DNA of 62,953 nucleotides, the filler included, from Aduncisulcus paluster (Eukaryota): assembly GCA_024181965.1 (NCBI GenBank). It is 7 parts of 7 records of this genome, joined end to end, with 100 filler letters (N's around TTAATTAATTAA, not from the genome) between each part and the next. Parts side by side here need not be neighbours in the genome. Positions count along the whole stretch, not along the records: positions 6,342 to 17,460 come from BQXS01012501.1; positions 17,561 to 20,988 come from BQXS01012502.1; positions 21,089 to 37,070 come from BQXS01012503.1; 4 more parts are not named here. One strand, written 5' to 3'. Positions 12,730 through 22,170 of the stretch are shown here, piece after piece. Position 1 is the first letter of the stretch; each line of letters starts with the position of its first letter. A program made the translations under genes and the position numbers. The notes beneath the pieces are model-generated. The model worked only from the letters and a program-made list of their open reading frames with translations, did not search any database and had not been told where the DNA came from.

Positions 12730-14664
12730 ATGGGAACAACTCGTCGTCATAAAAGTAGCAAAGATAAAACCGGCTCTCGTAGTAGCAAGAAGGAACATGC
12801 CGAAAAGGATGAAAGTAAGGATAGATCATCTGAACGCAAAACTCCTGTTTTCATTAAAAAAAGGATTCCAATCCCTTCATCGTTCAAGCCCAGCCTAACA
12901 AGGAAGTTGTTGCATTTAAAAGAAGCCAAAGAAGAGGCTGTTGTCTCTCTGTTTATTATGAAATTAAGACAGGCTTCTATCCCAATATCTCCTCTTGATA
13001 TGAGTTCTCCACAAGCTAGAATGAAGAAGAATATCTTACGAGAACTTCTCGAATACATGAGATCCCGGCCAGATGTTGCCTGTTGTGAACCGGTTATTCC
13101 TGAGTTGGTTGTGTGTGTTAGTCTGAATCTTTTTACAAATCGATTCCATCCTCCCAACGTTACAAGAATTATCTCAATTCAAATGCAACATACATCTCTT
13201 GATGTCGATTTTGATGAGCCACGTTTGGATCCCGCTTGGGAGATCATTGAATTGGTCCATATGCTGTTCCTTCAAATGTTGATTTCAAGAGAATTCAAAG
13301 TTAAAATCGCTAGGAATTATATTAACCTTCGGTTTATTACTCAATTTATTAATAGATTCCAATCTGATGATCCCCGTGAACGAGACTTCCTGAAGGGGTC
13401 CTTGCATCGTATATATGTGAAATTTGTTATATATAGAGCTCACATTCGTCGTTCTTTCGGATATATTCTGTCTATGCTCGCCGGAGGAAACTCTCGAAAC
13501 GAGTGGCGTGGAACCAATGGTGTAGCCGAGATTCTTGAGATCCTTGGTTCAATTATCAACGGTTTCTCCCAACCTCTCCGTCTTGAACATCGCCATTTCC
13601 TCATGCATCACCTCTTACCTCTCCATGAACTCCCAAGAATCCGTAGTTTCCATCCACAGCTTGCCCAATGCACAGTTCAATATGTTGGTCGTGAAGCCGA
13701 TCTTGTTGTGCCAATTATCAATCGTCTTGTGCGTATATTCCCACATTGTAATGCTCCCAAGGCCTCACTTCTTTTGAACGAGCTTGAGGAACTCATTGAG
13801 CGCTGCGAGACTGTTCACTACCAGCACATAGCTAAACCCCTTGTTAATTTGCTCTCTCGCTGCTGTTGCAGTGCCCATTTCCAGATAGCCGAGCGTACCC
13901 TGGTCTTTTTGCAGAATAGAGCCTTTAAGGAGATTATCAAAACAAATCAAAATCTTGTGTCGGTTCTCGTGAAATCATTGTGTTCTAATCTCTCAAGTCA
14001 CTGGAATCAAGGTATTATCGAGCTTTCTTACAGCTCTATGGGCACTCTCTTGGATATCAACCGTGACATTGTTGAGATGAGCATATTCCACTTTTCTGAG
14101 GAAGAACAGGTGCTCAGTTTACGTAGAAGGGCTCGATTCTACAGTTGGGAAAAGATTGGAGTCGGTCTTAGTGGCGCAGTTGATTCCATTCCAAGTGCTC
14201 GGATAGTAACCTCGCGTGGTGAGCTCAAGAAGAAACTGAAAGAAAAACTTTCAACCACTATCTTCTCTCCCTTTGACACGTCTGTAATTGGCCAGGATCC
14301 TCTCGGAGATAGTCCCACTGATATTGACATGCGTGTGGCACATGAAATAGTTGCTGGCAAGAGGAAGTTCTTTTCAGGAGATGAGGATGAATCTGCCACT
14401 CCATCGATTCCCACCTCTCTTACGAAGGGGGTCATGTCTGGCGCTGGACTGACTCCTGGAAGTGGTGATTCTCCCTTGGCATCTGTCGAGGGTTCAAAGA
14501 CAATCGGAACCAAACAGTTTGTTATCCCGGACGCTCCTGCACATGATGTTGCCATCAGGTCCAGGCGAAGAAGTTTATTACCCACTACTGTTGAAGCACG
14601 TGAAGCTACGCAAGCCCTTGAAGAATGGGTTCCCGTTGAACAAAGGTTTAAGGATAAGAAATAA
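12730..14664 (+). CDS. PPP2R5: Protein phosphatase 2A regulatory subunit B56 (B')
   Basis: B56 motifs DEPRLDPAW, FQSDDPRERDFLKGSLHRIY, GVAEILEILGSIINGF, HPQLAQC, HFQIAERTL, HWN, C-terminal RRRSLLP; first ATG at 12730. Confidence 0.95.
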   Translation: MGTTRRHKSSKDKTGSRSSKKEHAEKDESKDRSSERKTPVFIKKRIPIPSSFKPSLTRKLLHLKEAKEEAVVSLFIMKLRQASIPISPLDMSSPQARMKKNILRELLEYMRSRPDVACCEPVIPELVVCVSLNLFTNRFHPPNVTRIISIQMQHTSLDVDFDEPRLDPAWEIIELVHMLFLQMLISREFKVKIARNYINLRFITQFINRFQSDDPRERDFLKGSLHRIYVKFVIYRAHIRRSFGYILSMLAGGNSRNEWRGTNGVAEILEILGSIINGFSQPLRLEHRHFLMHHLLPLHELPRIRSFHPQLAQCTVQYVGREADLVVPIINRLVRIFPHCNAPKASLLLNELEELIERCETVHYQHIAKPLVNLLSRCCCSAHFQIAERTLVFLQNRAFKEIIKTNQNLVSVLVKSLCSNLSSHWNQGIIELSYSSMGTLLDINRDIVEMSIFHFSEEEQVLSLRRRARFYSWEKIGVGLSGAVDSIPSARIVTSRGELKKKLKEKLSTTIFSPFDTSVIGQDPLGDSPTDIDMRVAHEIVAGKRKFFSGDEDESATPSIPTSLTKGVMSGAGLTPGSGDSPLASVEGSKTIGTKQFVIPDAPAHDVAIRSRRRSLLPTTVEAREATQALEEWVPVEQRFKDKK

Positions 14665-15224
14665 CAATAAGTATCTCTAGATAATATTATATATATCACC
14701 ACTGTTTTACATTGTTCCTCTGTTCATCATTACTACATAAAACGCAAAATCATTATTATTGGTTCGTTTTTGATTGTTTTCTTTGTCCATTTTCATTATA
14801 TTAGCTTTTTTTAATATCTATGCTTTTTTAGCTGATTAACACCAGATTTTTTCTGGAAATTTGTAGCTTCAAGCTCTTTCAATGGTTGAACCAAACTCAA
14901 TTTGAAATAAATTATGTTCGTATCAATAAGACCGTTTTATCAATAAATTTGCGATATATTTGGTTTGTTTGGCGGAAAATATAAGTAGCTTTTCAGATTG
15001 TTTTCTTTGATCACGGCATAAAGTGAACAACAAAATATTATTAATATATGTATGTTGAAATTTAATAATTATGACTCTAAACATTATATTATTGGTTTGT
15101 TTCTTTCTAACAATCAACTTTTTCTTGTGATCTCATTATACTATATTGCTGTCGGGTCGGGGTGTCTTAACAAACAACAAACAAACAACAATATTATATA
15201 TCTGTTCTCCTAAAGAACTATTCA

Positions 15225-15754
15225 ATGGTTTAGAACATGAATATTCATTCCAAATTCATTAAGAAAGGCTGCAATCCAACAGAATTTCCTCCTGGAGATG
15301 AGCCAATTGGAAGAGACCCGCCAATATATCGTTACGATGATCGTATCATAGCAATTCAAGAAGAATCTGTTGTGGCCAGGCTTGGCGAAAGGAATAATAC
15401 AAGATTTCTTCAAAAAATGTTACAAGGATTGTCAGGAGTTGGATTTGCCAGTTTAGATCTGCCTTTTTGTCATTCTTCCTTTGTTTCTGGAGTTTATATA
15501 TCCTGTGACAAACCCCTTGGTCCCAAATTCCTCAAGTGTTCATTTTTCATTTGAATGGGGATGTTACACAAAGAGAATATCACTTTATTCGGCCAAAATT
15601 GGAAAATGAATGGCATTATCTTTCTGTGAGATTAGAAAATGTTGTAAAATGTAAAATTGAAGGTAAAGAAACCTGGTTTGGACATGATTATTATCCTCTT
15701 ATTTATGGTCTCATATTTATGAGTGATGACGATGAGAAATATGAATATTATTGA
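15225..15754 (+). pseudogene. Small beta-rich domain gene with an early TAG (15231) and a -1 frameshift in the T5 run (15543-15547)
   Basis: ATG GTT TAG AAC ATG; ORFs 15237-15554 and 15536-15754 join into one ~175-aa domain if one base is added. Confidence 0.55.
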
Positions 15755-16186
15755 CGGATGATGTACATTGATGGCATTCTATTTCCAAATATGACAAACG
15801 ACATTACAATACACAAAAGCAAGAAAGACACTGGAAATGACATACTCTTGTCCATTCATTGCATTTGGTGCACCCACATCCCTTCGATTATTCTCTTGTT
15901 CCTCCTTTCTTCACTGAATATGCATTTGTCCATACTTGGCATCAAAGATGTAACGCCAACCACGAGTCTTTCCCCCAGTATTACAATACTGAGAACCATA
16001 TCAAGTTTCACTTCCTCAGTGTATTATTGGCAGTGGAGGGTTTGGAGAAGGTTGGGATCAGTGAATACTGACTTTCTGACAGAAATCATAGATGGATTAG
16101 TCACTTATTAAGAGTCCATGTCTACCGTAACCCTCATTATCAGTGTCACGATTGTGACAAATTGTCACTGACAATTGAAATGAAAT

Positions 16187-17460
16187 TTACTCTTTCGCCT
16201 TATATTCAGCCAATTCACTCAACAATACAGATAATTCTTTCCTAAATTGTCTGAGTTGATCATTTTTTTGTTGAATAACTGTAGAAAACTGCAATTTTGC
16301 ATTATGTAATTTTTTCTCTGCTTCCATTCGAGCTCTTTCACTTCTCGCGAGTAAAAAACTATCGCTTGTCTTCTGCCTTTCTTCCAATTCTCGGAGACGA
16401 TGCTCAAGTTCCTTCAAAGCCACAATCCTTGGATTTGATTTCAAAGCCTGAATTTCAAGCTCCAACTTTGCACATGTATCACTTAATTCTCTATTCTTTT
16501 GTAAATGAACTTTCAGTTGACTTTGGACCTCGCTCATACGCTCTTCCCCGTCATCAAATGCATTTTGCAGTTCTTGTTGGGCCTTGGTCGAAAATGAAGC
16601 CCTTTCCTGTGCAAATTGTTTCTCTCTCTTCGCTGCCTGTTGCTGTAATGATTTAATTTGCTCTTCATGAAACTTTGATACTTCTCCAACGTAATGTTCT
16701 CTTTCTTTGTCATGTTGTTTTGTCTTTTTTTCAAGTAATGCAATTCTGACCAAAAGCTCTTCCTCTCTCTCTTTCGCTTCTTTTTTGAGTAAAGAAACTG
16801 TAGCTGCATGTTTCTCTCGTAAATTGATAGAAGCATCTTCGAACTCTGTTTTTTGATCAATCAATTCACTTTTTAATTTCTGCACATACGTTTCTGCAGA
16901 CTCGGCCTTTGTTTTCCAAATATCTCGATCGTAAGCTTTCTTTGTCAAAAGAATACGAGCTTCCTCTTCTTCAACTGTGCGTTTCTTCTCTTCGATCTTC
17001 TTCATTCGTTTTTCAATAAGAGACATTTCATCGTCTTTTATCCATGAAGAAGGCGTTTGACACCCTTTTGTAAAAGTATGGGCATTCAGAGGAACAGAAT
17101 CCATCAGTACAAGATCGATACTCCCATCAACAGGAGGGAGATGTGGGCGATGCTTGGAATGGGGAGGTTGTGGGTTCCAACCCCGCCGGGACGGATTGTG
17201 ATTGTGTAGTTGTCCTGGGTGGAAAGGGAGAGGATGTTTGATATGCTGTGGTTTCTCGAAGTGAAACGATGGAGGCTCCACATATAGAGGTTCTGGAGGT
17301 GGACTTCTTCTCACCAATTCTTTTTTTGGAGCAAAAGGATCATTCCTCGAAGAAGAGAAAGGATCTGTCAAAGGCTTCGATGAAAATGGGTTGCCAGAAG
17401 GGTTAGTTGGCATTCTCATTCCTCTATCAGATGTCCCTATTTTTGGATACTGAGAAAAAG
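16187..17460 (-). CDS. Coiled-coil protein with a CEP162/QN1-like C-terminus (5' end cut by contig end)
   Basis: Long coiled coil ending KNDQLRQFRKELSVLLSELAEYKAKE, resembling the CEP162 C-terminal motif as I recall it; frame open to the contig edge. Confidence 0.5.
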
Positions 17461-17560
17461 NNNNNNNNNNNNNNNNNNNNNNNNNNNNNNNNNNNNNNNN
17501 NNNNTTAATTAATTAANNNNNNNNNNNNNNNNNNNNNNNNNNNNNNNNNNNNNNNNNNNN
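17461..17560. other. Artificial contig spacer
   Basis: N44-TTAATTAATTAA-N44. Confidence 0.97.
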
Positions 17561-17561
17561 T

Positions 17562-19841
17562 GGATTTGGAGAAGTTAATCTTGTGGCTATTCAAGGAATC
17601 GATGGTGTTTATGTCCTCAAGAAAATGCTTCGAGTTGGTGATAAGGGAGTTATTGAAGCATGTCGTCAAGAATTTGATACTCAGGTAAGATTATTCATGA
17701 ACCCAAGATGTTTCAATCGTATTCCTCGTCCGATGTACATTCTTGATCTTCTCGATGAGAAATATGAAGGAGTCTACGGATTCTGCATGGAATACTGTCG
17801 AGGTGGCAGTGTTAAAGACTTTGCCAAGAGTTGGTGTGTTGACGGGAAGTATGGGACCAAATTAAACCCTGTTCGAGTTGCTTCCTTATGTGTTGGCATG
17901 ATTGAGTGTCTCTCAGATGTCTTCAAGGCAAAACCTGAACTTGCCCATCGAGATGTTAAACCTGACAATTTCCTTGTTCGTGCCGATCCCAAATATGGAG
18001 ATTGTATTGTTGTTCTTGCCGATCTTGGTCTTGCTGAGATCCAAGCTTCCATCTCTTCATCCATCTCTTGCAAGACTTATGAATCGACATCTTCCATTTC
18101 ATCCGAGACCGATAAGAAGAAGAAGTCTCCACGCTCCATCTATGGTACTCTTGTGTACAACTCTTATGAAGCGCTTCAAGGAATGCAAAGCCAAGAAAGT
18201 GATGCCTATTCACTTGGTATGAGCATATTCGCTCTATTTGAGGGATGTGATCCTTTCAATAACATGCCAGTATTTCAATGGATTACATCTCCGATAGAAT
18301 ATGTTATGGCGCTTCTTGATCTCATTTCAAAGGGAATTGGTCCAAAACTCTTTACTTCTCCTCTTTTCAGAACCCTCAAGACCATTGAAGATGGCAAGTT
18401 CAAGCCTGTCCATGATTGTCTGAATGAAGTATTTAAAGGTCTGACTTTATTGGATGTTGAAGAACGTATGGATGTTCACACTGCTCGTGAGAAAGTTCAG
18501 TCGATTAAGCATCTCCTCCCAAAGATTGGAGAAGGGTGGGAATGTCCATCCATTGATGATATTGTGGAGATACAACTTGAGGAATATGGAGGTGATCCTG
18601 GGAGTATCATTGAAGGAAGTGAAGAGGAAGAGGAAGAGGAAGAGGAAGAGGAAGAGGAAGAGAAGAAGGAAGAGGAAGAGAAGAAGGAAGAGGAAGAGAA
18701 GAAGGAAGAGGAAGAGAAGAAGGAAGAGGAAGAGAAGACAGATGTTGACCATGATTCTCTTCGAAGTGTCAAACTAGGCAAAGGTTGGGATACAAGTGTG
18801 AGTGTTTTGATTGATCATGATTCTTTGATCAAAACTATTGATTCCATCAAGAAATGTCCAGATTCAGAGTCAACTTCTGAATTGTACCACGAAAATCGAG
18901 AATCCATTCTCTCTGTTTTCCTTGCATATCAATCCAAAAGTGAAATTGAGGAACACAAAAGGGAGATTGTTGTGTGTTGTCAATGTTTAAGATGGTTTGT
19001 TAGACATGATATTTCTGGAACTAATATCTTTCTCCCTATTCCTGATCTGAATGATCTCATTGGCACTTTCATTGATCATCTATCAAGAGTTGAGAGTGTA
19101 TTGGAAGCAGCTGTTGATGAAGAGTATTGTAGTATTTGTGTAAATTATCCTCACAAAGTCAGAGATAAAAAGGATTCCTTCCTCCCCAAGATATCTCCCA
19201 CTTTCCACTGCATTCTTGAAAGAGGAAGCAAGGAAAAGTTGGAAGGAGATGTTCCTTTAGATCTATTATTGACCCTCAGAAATATCTCCATTTCCAAATC
19301 TTCTTCAACTCGATCATCCATTTTCACCCTCATCAAGCCATATGCCAAAGATTGGATGAGAATATATGGAGATATAGAGTATTATAATCAGTGGATTGTT
19401 ATATTGAAATTCCTTACTTGGTCTTCAGAAGATAGATCTCCAAACAAAGCTATCTGTTCCGAATCATGGCCATTCTTCCACCCTATTCTTGATGTTGTGA
19501 AGAGAGAGTGTTCTGAGGATAAGATTGTTGAAAAAGATTATTTCTATGTTTTAGATTTCTTCTCAAACCTATGTTGTGATCCCTCCCATGTCCAAGAAAT
19601 ATATGACAACGTAAAGGATCTTCTCGATGGTTGGTATGAAGCTGTGAAGAAGAAGAAACATGGTACGGGGATCATATTATGGTCTAAACTCATTTCCATG
19701 CTATCCACTTCTCCATCTCTTGTTCCTCTCTTGTCTCCTAAATATGACACCCATATGGAGTGGTGTAAGGATAATGGAGGTTGGGAGATGCATTATTCAA
19801 AGTATTGCACCAACTATTCTCAATATCTGAAGAAAATGTAA
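17562..19841 (+). CDS. Kinase/ARM-like super-repeat family, member 3 (kinase + E/K linker + 1 repeat, no bridge; 5' truncated)
   Basis: GFGEVNLV, HRDVKPDN, DLG, GTLVYNSYE; repeat starts at TGT 18855; ends at TAA 19839-19841. Confidence 0.9.
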   Translation, partial: GFGEVNLVAIQGIDGVYVLKKMLRVGDKGVIEACRQEFDTQVRLFMNPRCFNRIPRPMYILDLLDEKYEGVYGFCMEYCRGGSVKDFAKSWCVDGKYGTKLNPVRVASLCVGMIECLSDVFKAKPELAHRDVKPDNFLVRADPKYGDCIVVLADLGLAEIQASISSSISCKTYESTSSISSETDKKKKSPRSIYGTLVYNSYEALQGMQSQESDAYSLGMSIFALFEGCDPFNNMPVFQWITSPIEYVMALLDLISKGIGPKLFTSPLFRTLKTIEDGKFKPVHDCLNEVFKGLTLLDVEERMDVHTAREKVQSIKHLLPKIGEGWECPSIDDIVEIQLEEYGGDPGSIIEGSEEEEEEEEEEEEEEKKEEEEKKEEEEKKEEEEKKEEEEKTDVDHDSLRSVKLGKGWDTSVSVLIDHDSLIKTIDSIKKCPDSESTSELYHENRESILSVFLAYQSKSEIEEHKREIVVCCQCLRWFVRHDISGTNIFLPIPDLNDLIGTFIDHLSRVESVLEAAVDEEYCSICVNYPHKVRDKKDSFLPKISPTFHCILERGSKEKLEGDVPLDLLLTLRNISISKSSSTRSSIFTLIKPYAKDWMRIYGDIEYYNQWIVILKFLTWSSEDRSPNKAICSESWPFFHPILDVVKRECSEDKIVEKDYFYVLDFFSNLCCDPSHVQEIYDNVKDLLDGWYEAVKKKKHGTGIILWSKLISMLSTSPSLVPLLSPKYDTHMEWCKDNGGWEMHYSKYCTNYSQYLKKM
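18621..18737 (+). repeat. Purine microsatellite (GAAGAG)n plus 18-bp repeats encoding poly-E and (KKEEEE)4
   Basis: Seen directly. Confidence 0.9.
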
Positions 19842-20855
19842 GACTTAATACACCTCATTGAGAAATGTCCAGACTCAGAATCAACTTCTAGACTCTACTA
19901 TGAACATAAAGAATCCATTCTCTCTGTCTTCCTTGCATATCAATCCAGAAGTGAAATTGAAGAACATAAAAGGGAGTTTATTTTATGTTATCAGTGTATA
20001 AAGAACTTTGTAAAACACATGAGTTTTGATACCAAGATATTTCTTCCGATCCCTGATCTTAATGATCTCATTGACACATTTCTTGAGCATATGTCAAGAG
20101 TTGAGGAGGTTTTAGAAAATGATGTTGATGAAGAGTATTGTTCCATATGTCTAAATTATACATTTGAGGTGAGGGATGAACGTGATTCCTTCCTTCCAAA
20201 GATTGCTCCCACATTCCAATCGCTTCTTGAAAGAGGAAGCAAGGGAAAGTTGGAAGGAATAATTTCAAGGAATTTATTGTTAACCCTGAAAAATATCTCA
20301 AATTCAAAGTCTTCCTCCACTCTGTCATCTATTTTTACTCTAATTAAACCCTTTCTCAAAGACTGGATGAGAATATATCACAATGTTAGGGATTATGAAA
20401 TTTTAATCATTATGTTTTCAAAGATTTCACGATTACCCGAAGATAATATTCCAAACAAAACCATTTGTTCTGAATTATGGCCATTCTGTCCCCCAATTTT
20501 TGATATTGTCAAGAAAGAGATGGTCAAGAAAAAGATTATTAAAAAGGAATACTGGTTTGTCATTCGATTATTTTCTAATTTATGTATTGATCCAGCCCAT
20601 GCCCACGAAGTCCATGAACAGGTTAAAGATCTTCTTGATGGTTGGTATGAAGCAATTATGAAGAAAAAACATCGTCTGGGAATCCGATTCTGGTCAGAAC
20701 TTATTTCGATGCTATCCGTAGTTCCATCAATTGGTCCCCATATCTCTCCCAAATATGATAGTGCCATGGAATGGTGGAAGGAAAATGGAGCTTTGAGTGA
20801 TGATTCTTCAAGATATAAGAAATATTCTGTTACTAAGGTTACATGTTATTTTTGA
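19842..20855 (+). pseudogene. Second super-repeat of member 3, in frame behind a single TAA
   Basis: DLIHLIEKCPDSESTSRLYYEHKES... continues in the same frame with no further stop to TGA 20855; period 1011 nt. Confidence 0.85.
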
Positions 20856-20988
20856 TTCTATTGAATGGTTTTTCCTTGGTAATATCTGTTCTTGAACTTG
20901 AAGAACATTTATTCAATGCGATTTGAGTTTCCGGTACATTGTTCACCTTTTTTTTTTAGTTTTGTTTGTGTTGTATTATATATACCCT

Positions 20989-21088
20989 NNNNNNNNNNNN
21001 NNNNNNNNNNNNNNNNNNNNNNNNNNNNNNNNTTAATTAATTAANNNNNNNNNNNNNNNNNNNNNNNNNNNNNNNNNNNNNNNNNNNN
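20989..21088. other. Artificial contig spacer
   Basis: N44-TTAATTAATTAA-N44. Confidence 0.97.
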
Positions 21089-21747
21089 TTGGTAAAAACA
21101 AAAGATAATAGTAGCAATAACAAAGAAGGGATGATAAGAGGATGGCTCATATGGACATGATCCATCACAAAGGACAGAGAAGGAAACACGAGAAGAAACA
21201 CGAGAAGAAACACGAGAAGAAACACGAGAAGAAAGACAAAAAATAGTGAAGATGTTGTCATGCTCGGTGCTGCTTCAGAGTCATCTTGGGAGGATGGGGG
21301 TGGTGAAGGAAATGGGGGAGGAGATTCTGGAGATATTGGAGATTCTAGACACTCTGGAGCTTCTGGAGATACTATTGACAATGGGTGATAACGAAGGACA
21401 CGATGCACCAAAACATCAGGAGAACAACATCCCACATGGTCACAAAAAGGGCAGGATTTCGCATTCTTACATAAACATCCAGAAAGGGAGCGGGAATGGG
21501 GATCGAAATCATAGCAAGGAGAAACGGAATTCAATGGATAAAAATGGTGTGGATATGAACATATCACCTGAGATTCTTTGTCATCAAAAATAAATAAAGG
21601 GGAATTCTGAAACGATAAACACGATAGATACAAAGAATCTTCTAGAGAACAAAATAATAACTTAGAGCCACAAGGTTCGACGAAACAATTGGGCATAAAC
21701 ATTTTAGATACAAAATAATCGGGTCGATTGGTAGAGAAAATAGACAT
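21089..21747 (-). CDS. Hypothetical Cys-rich, Pro/Ser-rich probable membrane protein (3' truncated; 5' end uncertain)
   Basis: Open frame with Cys cluster, Pro-rich stalk and hydrophobic segments. Confidence 0.45.
21183..21230. repeat. (GAAACACGAGAA)x4 perfect 12-bp tandem repeat
   Basis: Seen directly; encodes (FLLV)n on the minus strand. Confidence 0.9.
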
Positions 21748-22170
21748 TCACGACTATCGGATTTCGAAAAAGGGAAAAAGAGCTTACACGACTAAATCCA
21801 GATAAGAATAAACAAATGATCTTGTCAAGTGGGATATAGAAGAAAATAAAACATACTTTCGATCAAAGGGGTGCCTTGGATGTTTTCAAACTGGCGATAG
21901 AGAGGAGCGTCACATTTTGACATTCTTGTAGACTCTTGGCATGGCAGAAGATCCGATCTGGGGAATAAAATTAAATGAAAATGTATTTATTATCCGCAAA
22001 AACAGTAAATAATTTATTAGTTAAGCCATGGATAAAAAAAAGGGTCATCAATCGGTAGGATATCGTTAAGATCACATAAATCCACTGCAACGAGCATGAA
22101 ATAAAATATAGTTGTAATGGTCTTTCTTCCCACAATCTAATAAGAAGTCAAGTAATATTTCAAATATCTG

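Noticed and set aside
19839..19841. TAA/TAG reassignment to Gln or Glu, as in hexamitid diplomonads
   Set aside because: RPL21, PP2A B56 and importin end properly at TAA, and 1100-1600-aa ORFs contain no in-frame TAR.
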